From an uncultured delta proteobacterium (GTDB lineage Bacteria; Myxococcota; Myxococcia; Myxococcales; Anaeromyxobacteraceae): 64,000 bases of DNA. The position numbers and the translations under genes are program-made. The stretch is taken from positions 1 through 64,000 of the forward strand of contig CAWJSR010000020.1 in the NCBI GenBank assembly GCA_963845515.1. Reading direction: 5' to 3'. Positions 41,286 through 53,619 of this stretch are shown here, one piece after another. Position 1 is the first letter of the stretch, and every line of letters starts with the position of its first letter. The notes under the pieces are model-generated. The model did no database searches. It saw nothing but the letters and a program-made list of their open reading frames with translations, and had not been told where the DNA came from.

Positions 41286-41845
41286 CGGCCTGGAGGGAGA
41301 TCGCGCTCCTGGGCGGCTCGTTCAACCCGCCCCACGTCGGCCACGCGATGGCCGCCTGGTGGGTGCTCGCGACGCAGCCGGTCGACGAGGTCTGGCTCCT
41401 TCCGTCCTTCGTTCACCCGTTCGGCAAGCCGCTCGCACCGTGGGCGGATCGGATCAGGATGTGCGAGCTCGCGGTCGCCTCCATCCGGGGGGCGCGGGTC
41501 TGCACGGCGGAGGAGGAGCTGGAGAAGGATCCGCTCGTGGGCAAGACCGTCCGGACTCTCGAGCACCTGATCGCGAAGCACCCGGGTCACCGGTTCTCGC
41601 TCGTCCTCGGCACGGACATCATCCCGGAGACCGGCAAGTGGTACCGGTTCGACAGGGTCGAGGAGCTCGCGCGGGTCATCGTGGTCGGCAGGCAGGGGTT
41701 CGAGCCGGTGGCCGGCGCGCCCTCGATGCCCGCGGTGAGCTCCACGGCCATCCGCGAGCTGATCGCGAGGGGTGGCGACGTCAGCGGGCTCGTGCCGAGG
41801 CGCGTGGCGGAGCACATCGCGGAGCGCGGGCTCTACCGGGACTAG
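41282..41845 (+). CDS. nadD: nicotinate-nucleotide adenylyltransferase
   Basis: GGSFNPPHVGH, LGTD, KWY, VSSTAIRE. Confidence 0.93.
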   Translation: MTAWREIALLGGSFNPPHVGHAMAAWWVLATQPVDEVWLLPSFVHPFGKPLAPWADRIRMCELAVASIRGARVCTAEEELEKDPLVGKTVRTLEHLIAKHPGHRFSLVLGTDIIPETGKWYRFDRVEELARVIVVGRQGFEPVAGAPSMPAVSSTAIRELIARGGDVSGLVPRRVAEHIAERGLYRD

Positions 41846-41991
41846 GGATCAGGCCCGCGGCAAATCGCCGCGGTCGATGGACGTTTACCGTCGGCTTGCG
41901 GCAGAAGCACGCAGCCCGGTGCGAGCATGTCCGGTGTTATCCTCCCCGCGCTAGGGGGGCGGTCCGGGAGCCGGGCCGCGAAAGGTATCTG

Positions 41992-42840
41992 ATGCTGCGT
42001 AGGCTGTCCGCCGACACCGCGATGATCGTCGGTTGCGCGCTCTCCTGGGGTGTCGCGCTCGGAATCGTGCTCCTGCTCGACGGTGGCTTCGGGTTGCGCG
42101 CCTTCGCGTGGAGCGAGCCGGGACTGCTGCCGGCCGGCGCCTTCGCCTGCGGGCTCGTCGCTGGCTCCGGCGGCTTCCTCGGGCTCGCGCTGTCGCGGAT
42201 GCGCCCGACGCCGGTGGGTGTCGCCCTCCCTGCGCTCGCCGGTGCGTCCGTCCCGGTCTCCTTCTACTGGCTGCTCTGGTACTTCGGCCCGACCGGTGCC
42301 GCGACGGCGCCGAGCGAGACCGTCCCGCTGCTGCAGTATCTCGGCACCGCATTCACCGACCCCTCCTTCCACCCGAGCGCCGGGGCCGTCACGCTCCAGT
42401 TCCTCGGTGCGTTCCTGGGCGGCGCCGTGACGAGCGTCGTGGTCCTCTGGGTCGACGCGTGCCCCCGCTGCAGCGAGCTGATGTCCGAGGCCGGTCAGCT
42501 CGAGCGCTTCGTCGACGACGCAACCCAGCTCACGCGGATGAACGCCGCCGGGCTCGACGAGCCCGCCTACGTCTCGATGCTGGCCGCGCTCGAGAAGCGC
42601 CCGGGAGGGCTCATCCGCGTGACCGCCCTCCTGAAGATCTGCAAGCACTGCGGAATGGGGGAGATCGTGGAACGGCGGCAGCAGAAGACCGCCGGGCGCT
42701 GGGGCAGGCCGGTCGTCCGGCGCAAGTACGGGCCGAGAGCGCCCGCGCTGGTCCGCTGGTTCATGCCGGCGGTAAACACCGCCGCGCAGGCCGGGCAGGT
42801 CGGCGACGGGGCCGCCGCGAGGGTCAGCGGCAGGTCCTAG
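41992..42840 (+). CDS. hypothetical membrane protein with CxxC...CxxC domain
   Basis: about four hydrophobic helices, CPRC and CKHC. Confidence 0.65.
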   Translation: MLRRLSADTAMIVGCALSWGVALGIVLLLDGGFGLRAFAWSEPGLLPAGAFACGLVAGSGGFLGLALSRMRPTPVGVALPALAGASVPVSFYWLLWYFGPTGAATAPSETVPLLQYLGTAFTDPSFHPSAGAVTLQFLGAFLGGAVTSVVVLWVDACPRCSELMSEAGQLERFVDDATQLTRMNAAGLDEPAYVSMLAALEKRPGGLIRVTALLKICKHCGMGEIVERRQQKTAGRWGRPVVRRKYGPRAPALVRWFMPAVNTAAQAGQVGDGAAARVSGRS

Positions 42841-45292
42841 CTTCGCTCGAACCGGAGCGCGCCGTCCCGGGCCTCGACGCTCACCTCGTCACCGGCGCTG
42901 AGCTCGCCCGCGAGGATCTTCTCGGCGAGCGGCCCCTCGACCAGCCGCTGGATCGCGCCCCGCATGGGACGCGCCCCTAGCGCCGGATCCCAGCCGCCGT
43001 TGTCGATGAGCAGCTCCACGACGCCGGGGCGGGGGGTGAAGCGGATGCGCCGCTCGGCGGCGAGCCGCTCGGCGGACTGCGCGAGCAGCTTCGCTGCCAC
43101 GCGGGCGACGTCGTCGCGCGTGAGCGCGGGGAAGACCAGCCGCTCGTCGAGCCGGTTCCAGAGCTCGGGCGGCACGGCGCTACGCGCCGCCTGGAGCGCG
43201 CGGTCCGCCCGGGGAGGATCGCGATCGGTGGAGCCGAAGCCCATCGAGCCGCTCGTCTTGCGCGTCGCCTCCTCGGCGCCCAGGTTCGACGTGAGGATGA
43301 CGACGGCGTTCGAGAAGTCGACCTGCCGGCCGCGCCCGTCGGTCAGCCGCCCCTCCTCGAGGACCTGGAGCAGGAGCATCTGGACGTCGCGGTGCGCCTT
43401 CTCGATCTCGTCGAGGACGACGACGCAGGAGGGCCGCCGCCGGATGGCGTCGGTGAGCTGCCCGCCCTCGCCATAGCCGACGTAGCCGGGGGCGGCGCCG
43501 ACCAGCTTCGCGACGCCCGTCGCCTCGACGCACTCGCTCATGTCGAGCTGGATCATGGCGTCGCGGGCGCCGAAGAGCGCCTCGGCCAGCGCGCGCGCGA
43601 GCTCGCTCTTGCCCACCCCGGTGGGGCCGAGGAAGAGGAAGGAGCCCATGGGGCGGCGCGTGGCGAAGCCGGCGAAGTTGCGCTTCACGACCCTGGCGAT
43701 CTTCGAGATCGTCTCGTCGTGCCCCACGATCCGCTCGCCGAGAGCCGCCTCGAGCCCCAGGATCCGCTCGCGGTCGGAGGCGAGCAGGCGGGACTCGGGG
43801 AGCCCGGCCATCTTCGCCACCACCTTCGCGATCTCCTGCTCGCCCACCTGGTCGCGCCGTTCGCGCCGGGCGCGCGAGCCGGCGAGGTCGAGGACCGCGA
43901 CGGCCTTGTCCGGAAGGAACCGATCGGTGATGAAGCGGGCGGAGAGTGACGCGGCGGCCTCCAGCGCCTCTGGCGCGTAGCGGACGGCGTGGTGCAGGGC
44001 GTAGTGGGGCGCCAGCCCCTTCAGGATCGTGACGGTGTCGGCGATCGACGGCTCGCGGACGAGGACCGGGGAGAAGCGGCGCTCGAGCGCAGGATCCTTC
44101 TCGATGTGCTGACGGTACTCGTCGTGCGTCGTGGCGCCGATGCAGGGGAACTCGCCCCTGGCGAGGGCGGCCTTCAGCTCGTTGGCCGCGTCCTGCGGCC
44201 CCTCGCCGGTGGAGCCGGCCCCCATGAGCGTGTGGATCTCGTCGATGAAGACGACGACCTTCCCCTTCGCCCTGCGGACCTCCTCCTTGATGCCGTTCAG
44301 CTTCTCCGAGAAGGAGCCGCGGAGCTGGGTCCCGGCGACGACGCTCGCCATGTCGATCTCGACGATGACCCGGTCGCGCCCGTGCGCGTCGGCGAGGAGC
44401 CGCTGGGCGATCCCCTCGACGATGGCCGTCTTGCCGACCCCCGGCTCGCCGACCAGGAGCGGGTTGTTGGTCCGTCGCTTCCCGAGGACGTCGATCGCCT
44501 CCTCGACCTCGCGCTCACGGCCGACGAGGGGGTCGAGCTTGTTGGCCGCGGCCAGCTCGGTCAGGTTCCTGCCGAGCGAGGAGAGCCAGGGGAAGTCCTT
44601 CGGATCCAGCGCGTGGGCCGAGCGGCGCGGTCTCGAGGGCTCCCGCTCGACCGCCCCGACGCCAGCGAAGCCCTCTCCCCCGCTGCCGCTGCCGCGGGCG
44701 CTGGGGGGCTGGGGCGTGGAGCGGTGGGGGGGTACTTAAAGGCTCCCGCGTCGAGGTCGCCTTCGGGCTCCGGGGGGGGAGTGAGCGCGGGGGGCGCGTC
44801 GGCCGATGGCTGTCGCGGGGCGGAGCGTGCCTGCGGGGGCAGCGCAGGCCCGACGCGGACCGGCTGGACCTCGCGGAGCCGGCGCGGCATGCGCGACGTG
44901 AAGAAGGAGAGGGCGACGTTGCCGAGCGTGGCCGGCGAGAGCTTGCAGCCGGTGAGGAGCTGGTGCGCCGCGCTCGCCCGGACCCTGCTCATGGCTATGA
45001 GCAGGTGGAGGCAGTCGATCTCCTCGGCGCCCGTGCCGGAGGCGATCTCCCTCGCCCGCTCGCGAAGCTCGCGCTCGAGCCCCTCGCGCTCCTTGGGCGT
45101 TCCGCTCATGGCCGCGAGGATCCGGTCCTCGTCGACGCCCCTCTCCTTGAGCAGGATCTCGGCGCGGTTGGGCACCGTGAAGAAGGCGAGGAGCTGGTGA
45201 GCGCTGGTCAGCTTCTGGTTGACGCTGCGCGCGATGTCCTCGGCCTCGGCGAGGACCTGCGCCAGCTCCATCGAGGGGATGGCGAGCGGCAT
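42837..45292 (-). CDS. ClpA/ClpC-type double AAA+ ATPase, frameshift(s) near 44580-44720
   Basis: Clp-N domain, LVGEPGVGKT, FIDEIH, DPALERRF, RFLPDKA, GPTGVGKS, LDEIEKAH, SMGF loop. Confidence 0.92.
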
Positions 45293-45448
45293 GGTTCGAG
45301 GAAGATGCGATATCACCCGCAAGCGGTCAATTTTTCAGTCGCTTTTCTCGGATCGTGCGGGGTGGATCCCCGTTCGAGGTCCGTGCCCGCCCGGGCCCAT
45401 GCTGATAGACACGTGGAGGAAGCGGGTGCGGAGGTTGCCAAGGTGCCG

Positions 45449-46420
45449 ATGAAGCGGGTGGCAGTGCTGACGAGCGGCGGCGACGCGCCGGGGATGAACG
45501 CTGCCATCCGCGCAGTGGTGCGCACCGGCCTCGACAAGGGCTGGGACATGGTCGGCGTGCGCCGCGGCTACGCCGGCCTCCTCGACGCAGACATCAAGCC
45601 GTTCGGTGCCCGCGACGTGGGCGGGATCCTCGGGCGCGGCGGGACGATCCTCGGCAGCGCCCGCTGCCCCGAGTTCGAGGACGAGGCGCACCGGCGAAGG
45701 GCCATCGCCAACCTCGAGACGCTGGGCATCGGGGCGATGGTCGTCATCGGCGGGAACGGGTCGCAGGCTGGTGCGCACGCGATCCACCAGATGGGCTTCC
45801 CGGTGGTCGGCGTCGCGTCGACCATCGACAACGACCTGGCCTGGACCGAGATGACCATCGGCGTCGACACGGCGCTCGACATCGCGCTCGAGTCGATCGA
45901 CCGGCTGCGCACGACCGCCTCCTCCCACCGGCGCGCCTTCCTCGTGGAGGTGATGGGGCGCGACTGCGGCTACCTGGCCCTGATGGCCGGGATCGCCGGC
46001 GGCGCAGAGGCGATCGTCATCCCGGAGCGGGAGCTGACCCATGACGAGATCGCCCACGCGATCCGCGCCGCCCACCTTCGCGGCAAGACGCACGGGCTCG
46101 TGGTCGTGGCGGAGGGGGCGCAGAACAGCGCGCTCCACCTCTACGAGCACTTCCAGCGCCACAAGGACGAGGTGGGCTTCGACGTCCGGATGACCACGCT
46201 CGGCCACGTCCAGCGAGGCGGCGCACCGGGCGCCTTCGACCGGCTCCTGGCCACCCGCTTCGGCGCCGCCGCGACCGACGCGCTGGAGCGGGGCGAGCGC
46301 GGCGTGATGGTGGGGATCAGCAAGGGCGAGATCGGGACGGCGCCGCTCGGCGAGATCGTCGGGCGGCAGAAGCCGCTCGACCTGTCGCTGCTCGACCTGG
46401 CGAAGGTGCTCGCGAAGTAG
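45449..46420 (+). CDS. pfkA: 6-phosphofructokinase
   Basis: LTSGGDAPGMN, GGTILGSAR, TIDND, EVMGR, LGHVQRGG. Confidence 0.96.
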   Translation: MKRVAVLTSGGDAPGMNAAIRAVVRTGLDKGWDMVGVRRGYAGLLDADIKPFGARDVGGILGRGGTILGSARCPEFEDEAHRRRAIANLETLGIGAMVVIGGNGSQAGAHAIHQMGFPVVGVASTIDNDLAWTEMTIGVDTALDIALESIDRLRTTASSHRRAFLVEVMGRDCGYLALMAGIAGGAEAIVIPERELTHDEIAHAIRAAHLRGKTHGLVVVAEGAQNSALHLYEHFQRHKDEVGFDVRMTTLGHVQRGGAPGAFDRLLATRFGAAATDALERGERGVMVGISKGEIGTAPLGEIVGRQKPLDLSLLDLAKVLAK

Positions 46421-46457
46421 TGGCTCGACCCATTCGTATCGATCCTTCCGGGCCGCG

Positions 46458-47565
46458 TCAGCGCGCGTCCCGCACGCCACCGGCCGGCACCGCCCGCGCC
46501 CGAGCGCCTCGCAGCAGTGGAGCGACCGTCCGCGCGCGTCGACCAGGCGGAAGGCCCAGCCGCCGTCCCAGACCTCGAGCACGCCGAAGCCGGCGGCGGC
46601 GCTGGCGAAGCGCAGCCTCGCGCCGGAAGGCCAGCTCGCGGAGAAGTCTCGGCGGCGGCCGCGCGAGCTGGAGCCGGCGATGAGCACGTCGACCTCGTCG
46701 AGCGCGAGGTGCTCCAGCGCGTGCGCGTGGCCCGCCAGCACGCCCGCGAGCCGCCCATCTCCCGCCGCCACGATCTCGCGCATGCGGACGAGCCAGGGCT
46801 CGGGCCGCCGCCGCGAGCGGTCGCTCCACCGCCATGGCCGGCGGGTGGTGGGCCACGAGGAAGCAGCGCAGCGCGTCGCACGCGGGCGCTCGCCTCCTGC
46901 ACGAAGCGCAGCTCCTCGGCGAGCGTGAAGCCGGCGTAGTCGGCGTCGGCGACGTTGGAGTCGACGACGATGAAGCGGACCGGCCCCTCGTCGAGCACGT
47001 AGTGGCGACCCGGCATGCGCCACCAGGGGGAGCGGCGCGCGACCGAGAGGCAGGCGCGCCTGCGCATCCACTCGTCGCGGGCCATGCGCCGCACGGTGCA
47101 GAACCAGGGCCCGCCGACGTCGTGGTTGCCGAGCGCGAGGTAGATGGGGACTGGCCCGCCGCCCCGGCCGAGGAGCCCTCGCAGGGCACCTTCGTTCCGC
47201 TCGAAGAGCGGGTCGACGGGAGCCGCGAAGCCAGGCGCCACGGCGGCCCCGTCGTCCGCGAAGCGGCAGCCCTCGGCGCCCCGGAGGAGCGGGTTCGGCC
47301 CGCAGTTGTAGACGTTGTCGCCGGGCTGCAGGACGAGATCGAAGGGGCGCCGCTCGTGCCAGCGAAGGAGTGCGCTGGCGACGCGCCGCTGGCGCCAGCC
47401 GGGGTCGCCGAAGTCACCGACCACGGCGACCCGGATCACCGGAGCCTGCCTCCGGGCCGGCTCGGGCAGCGCTCCGGGCTCGCGATAGGAGGGCATGGGG
47501 CCGGCACACGCACCCACCGCGATGGCCAGCACCCCGATGAGGGTTCGGCTCCGCATGAAGCCCAT
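46458..47565 (-). CDS. metallophosphoesterase lipoprotein (acid phosphatase-like), frameshifted
   Basis: VGAC lipobox, GDFG, GDNVY, LGNHD, AHHP, AGHAH across frames; 3' end approximate. Confidence 0.8.
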
Positions 47566-47599
47566 TCTCTCGCGCGCGCTGCCGGCGCGCGAGCCCCGC

Positions 47600-48681
47600 T
47601 CAGTCGAGCCCCCGCTCCCAGAGCTGCTCCTCGTCGAGCCCCAGGAAGTGGCCGACCTCGTGGACCAGGGTGACGCCGATCTCCTGGACCAGCTCCTCGC
47701 GCGAGCGGGCTGCGCGCTCCAGGTTGCGCTGGTACAGGACGATGCTCGACGGGAAGTGGCTCCACGGGTCCATCGAGCCCTGCTGGCCCAGCGCCGAGCC
47801 GCGGAACATCCCGAGGCTCTGTGGCGAGAGGGGCGGCGAGGTCGGCGAGGAGGTCATGGTCGGCCGGGATCTCCTCCACCGTGATGGCCACGTTCCCGAG
47901 GTACCGCCGGATCTGCTCCGGCAGCGCGGCGAGCGCGTCCTCCAGCACCTCGTCGAACTCCGCCGAAGCCAGCGTGACTGGCGGCGGGAACGCCTCGGGG
48001 TCGAGCTTGCGCGCCCTGGCGAAGCGCCGCTCCGCCTCCTCGAGGTCTCCGGACCGCTCCGCCGCCAGCCCGATCGCGTTCTGCACCCACGCGTCGCGGG
48101 GTGCCAGCCGCTCGGCGGCGCGGAGCTGTCGCTGGGCCTCTTCGAGCCTGAGCAGCTCGAAGAGGACGATGCCCCGCTCGCGCATCACGTCGGCGGAGCG
48201 GGGGAGGGCGAGCAGCGCCTCGTCCAGCCTCAGGAGCGCCTCGTCCGCGCGCCCAAGCTGGGCCAGGGCGATCCCCGCCAGGAGGGAGAAGTCGCCCGCA
48301 CAGCTCCAGGTCGTCCTGCTTCCTGGCCAGCCGCTGGCCGCGAAGTGACAGGTCGAGCCCTCGCCCCAGCCACTCGATGTCGCGGTCGGCAGCCTGGGCC
48401 CGGTCCACGTAGAGCTCGGCGGCGCCGAAGAGGAGGTCGAGATCGTCGGGGTCGAGGCCGAGTGCGCGCTCATAGACCTCCGCGGCCTCGTCCAGCGCCT
48501 CCAGCTCGACCAGCGCGGCCGCCCGGTAGTGGAGCGCCGGCGCCGAGCGGGGCGCACGGGCGATGGCGGCGTCCGCGGCGCGGAGCGCTCCGGGCACGTC
48601 GCCACGCTCGAAGCAGGTCGCCGCCTCCTCGAGGAGGGCGTCCAGCGCAGGATCCGTGACGGTCTTCGCTCTCTTTCCCAT
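47600..48681 (-). CDS. TPR protein with C-terminal minimal zincin metallopeptidase, frameshifted
   Basis: TPR helices, ALAALPEQIR, IVLYQRNLE, LVHEVGHFLGL. Confidence 0.82.
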
Positions 48682-48692
48682 CCCGTTCACGC

Positions 48693-50451
<1,759 letters not shown>

Positions 50452-50459
50452 CCACCGGT

Positions 50460-50488
50460 GGCCCCCGCGTACCGGGCGGGGGCCGTTC
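50460..50488 (+). terminator. hairpin after groEL
   Basis: ggcccccgc-gtaccgg-gcgggggcc, weak U-tract. Confidence 0.5.
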
Positions 50489-50533
50489 ATGCCCCGTGAC
50501 GCGCGGGTGACGTCGATGCGCTATCTGTCGTCC

Positions 50534-51187
50534 ATGGCCACCGGGATCGTCACCACCAGGGAGAAGCCGCTGCTGCGAGGCGTGTTCCACGAGATCGCCG
50601 CGGCCTTCGCGTTCGCCGGAGGCGTGGCGCTCACGCAGATGGCGAGCGGGACGCGCGGCACCGTGGCCGCCGCCATCTACGGCGTCTCGCTCACCGCGCT
50701 CTTCGGGATCTCGGCGCTCTACCACCGGCCGCGGTGGGGGCCGCGCCTCTACGGCATCATGCGGCGGCTCGACCACTCGGCGATCTTCATCCTCATCGCG
50801 GGGACCTACACGCCCATCGCCCTGATGGTGCCGTCACGGATAGGCCTCGTCCTGCTCGCGGTGGTCTGGGCCGGGGCGCTCGCCGGCGTGGCCTTCTCGA
50901 TCGCCTGGCCACGTGCGCCGAAGTGGCTCACGGCCTCCCTCTACGTGGCGCTCGGCTGGGCGATCGTGCCAGCCCTGCCGGAGCTGGCCCGTGCGATGGG
51001 TCCGGTCGGCCTCACGCTCCTGACCGGCGGCGGAGTCGTATACTCGATCGGCGCGCTCATCTACGCGCTGCGCCGCCCCGATCCCTTCCCCACGGTCTTC
51101 GGCTACCACGAGGTGTTCCACCTGCTGGTGATCGTCGCGGCGACCTTCCACTACGCCGCGGTGGTCAGCGTGGTCGGCGTCCTCTAG
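50534..51187 (+). CDS. hemolysin III / PAQR family membrane protein
   Basis: KPLLRG, SALYH, RRLDHSAIFILIAGTYTP, GYHEVFH. Confidence 0.92.
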   Translation: MATGIVTTREKPLLRGVFHEIAAAFAFAGGVALTQMASGTRGTVAAAIYGVSLTALFGISALYHRPRWGPRLYGIMRRLDHSAIFILIAGTYTPIALMVPSRIGLVLLAVVWAGALAGVAFSIAWPRAPKWLTASLYVALGWAIVPALPELARAMGPVGLTLLTGGGVVYSIGALIYALRRPDPFPTVFGYHEVFHLLVIVAATFHYAAVVSVVGVL

Positions 51188-51365
51188 TGCCGCGACCCAG
51201 GCGTGGTGATGTGACGAGAGCGTCGAGACCGAAGCGAGGCGGGCGCCCGAGGAGGGAGCAGCGGAGGCGTAGCAGCGCTACGTCTAGCAGCGCACCGACG
51301 AGGCCGCCCGCCGCAGCGAGGGATCGGCGCTCGCAGTAGTCACTATGCCTGGGTCGCGGCACTAG
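51184..51365. mobile_element. 182-bp MITE-like long inverted repeat
   Basis: perfect 19-bp terminal IR ctagtgccgcgacccaggc / gcctgggtcgcggcactag, with imperfect pairing continuing inward. Confidence 0.8.
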
Positions 51366-52728
51366 GCCACGCCTCTCTCGCCGGGCGGCACCGGCGGCAG
51401 ATCCTTCGACGCGATGTTCACGACGTTCCGCGTCGTCCGTTTGCCGCGGTACATCGCGCGGTCCGCCATGTCGACCAGCTCCTCCCTGCTCGACGCATGC
51501 TCCGGGTAGCAGGCCAGCCCGACCGACGCGGTCACGCGGACGCGCCCACCCTCGCGCGAGAGGAAGCGGTGGTCCTCGATCGCCCGCCGGATCCGCTCGG
51601 CCACCTTGAGGCCGCCGCCTGCGTCGAGCCCGACGAGCACCACCACGTACTCGTCGCCGCCGAAGCGGGCGATGACGTCCTCGTCGCGGACGCAGGAGCG
51701 GAGCACGCGCCCCACCTCGACCAGCAGCTGCGAGCCGGAGAGGTGGCCGTGCTCGTCGTTCACCAGCTTGAAGTGGTCGAGGTCGAGGAAGAGGACCGAG
51801 AAGGGCTTTCCGCCGCCGATCTCGCGGTCGAGCGCCAGGTCGAGGTAGCGCGTGTTGAAGAGGCGCGTCAGGTCGTCGATGTAGGCGAGGTCGCGCGCCT
51901 CCTCCAGCCTGCCCAGGTTGTGGAGCGCGAGCCCCGCGTAGCGCGCCACGAGCAGCGCGCGCGCAAGCCGCTCGGGCGGTGGGTCGGCCTCGACCGGCAG
52001 GATGGCCGCGCCGAGCACCTCCTCCTCTGCGATCGGGATCACCAGCGCCTGCGGCGCGGCCGACCCCTCGGGGAGCGGCAGGTGCTGCACCGAGGTCGTG
52101 TCGAGTCCATCGAGCAAGTCCGGCGGGCGACGTCGACGAGCGCCTTCGCGGCGTCGATCGAGAGCTCGTGCGTCCCGGAGAAGGCCCAGCCACCGCCGGC
52201 GGTACGCTCGGCCAGCGCCGCCCCGCGCGCGCCGCACTGGGCCGACATCGCCTCCAGGGCGAGCGGCACCAGCTTCGCGCGGTCGAGCGTCGAGGCGATC
52301 CGCTGGCAGGACTCGAAGAGCTGGATGTGGGCCCTCAGCGAGAGGTTCTCCGCCAGCAGCTCGCGCGTGGCCAGGCAGCGCTGGACGGCCACCTGAAGCG
52401 CCTCGGGGGTGACGGGCTTCACGAGGTAGTCGGTCGCGCCGGACCTGATCGCGCGCACGGCCGGCGCCACCTCGTCGAGCGCGGTGATGACGACCACCCC
52501 GATGTTGGGGTCGAGCTGCTTCGCCGCGTCCAGCAGCTCCAGCCCGTCCTTCGATCCCGGGAGGATGACGTCCGTGACCAGGGCGTCGAAGCGGCGATAC
52601 GCGAGCAGGACCAGCGCGGCCTCGGAGGAGTCCGCGACCTCGACGTCGTGCCCCGCCGCCCTCAGATAGTCCGAGTAGAGGGTGCGAGCGAAGCGCTCGT
52701 CGTCGACCAGTAGTACCGACGGTGCCAT
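51362..52728 (-). CDS. response regulator diguanylate cyclase (REC-GAF-like-GGDEF), frameshift near 52100
   Basis: LVDDE, TDVILP, YLVKP; DDLTRLFN, DLDHFK, RDED I-site, RFGGDEY. Confidence 0.9.
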
Positions 52729-52753
52729 CGCGTTCTGTGTATATCATCTCCGG

Positions 52754-53534
52754 GTGACCTCCCTCGCCGCAGAGCGCAAGGCGCTCCTCTTCAGCGTGGG
52801 CGGCGTCCGGCTGGCGCTCCGGCTCGCGCAGGTGCGCGAGATCCTGGAGGTCGGCCCGGGGGGAGGGGACGTGGTCGCCCGGGGTGAGTCCTACCCGGTC
52901 GCCTTCGTCTCCACCGTGCTCGGCCTCCCCGGCGGCGACGCGCCCGTTCGCGCTCCTGACGGAGTCGAGCCCCCGGGCGGCGCTGCGCGTCGATCGCGTC
53001 CACGGGATCATCGATCTCGTCGACGCGGAGGTCTTCCAGATCCCAGCGCGCACCCGCCTGCCCCAGCCAGCCCCTTTCGCCGGGGCGATCGTCGCGAGGG
53101 GCGAGCTGTCGCTGGAGCTTGCCGCCTCGGCCATCGGATGGGAGCCGCTCCCACCCGCGGTCGACGTTGGCGAGCCGCTGGCGGACGCCGGCGCGACCGG
53201 TGAGCGGGAGCTGGTCTTCCAGCGAGGCGGGTGCTCCTACGGCGTCCCGATGTCCTACCTCGTCAAGATCCTCGAGCGGCCGCGCATCTCCCCGGTTCCA
53301 CTCACCGCGCCGTCGCACATCGGGCTGCTCTATCAGGGGCGCACGCTCCACCCGGTCGTCGACGTCGCCGTCCTCCACGGCGACGGTGCGAACTTGGAGG
53401 TCGCGAGGACGGTGATCCTGGACGCCGGCGGCTCGGAGGTTGCGCTCGCCGCCGACAGCATCGAGCGGGTCGGGACGATTCCCGCCGACGACGCGGTGCT
53501 CCGGCCCGTCTGGGACGCCCTCCTCGGCGGTTGA
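52754..53534 (+). CDS. tandem CheW-domain protein, frameshift near 52940
   Basis: LLFSVGGVRLALRLAQVREI, ALRVDRVHGI, ISPVP..PSHIGLL; directly upstream of romR. Confidence 0.8.
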
Positions 53535-53619
53535 GCCGGTTCGCGCCGACCCGCCCGCCCATGTGGCGGAAGCGCTCGCAATTCTTGACATTCGTGCCCC
53601 TGCGGTGTTTGAACCAAGA

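Noticed and set aside
51640..51670. GGDEY in place of GGDEF as a sign of an inactive cyclase
   Set aside because: The catalytic GGDE residues and the DxDxFK motif are intact; a Tyr at the last position is a conservative change.
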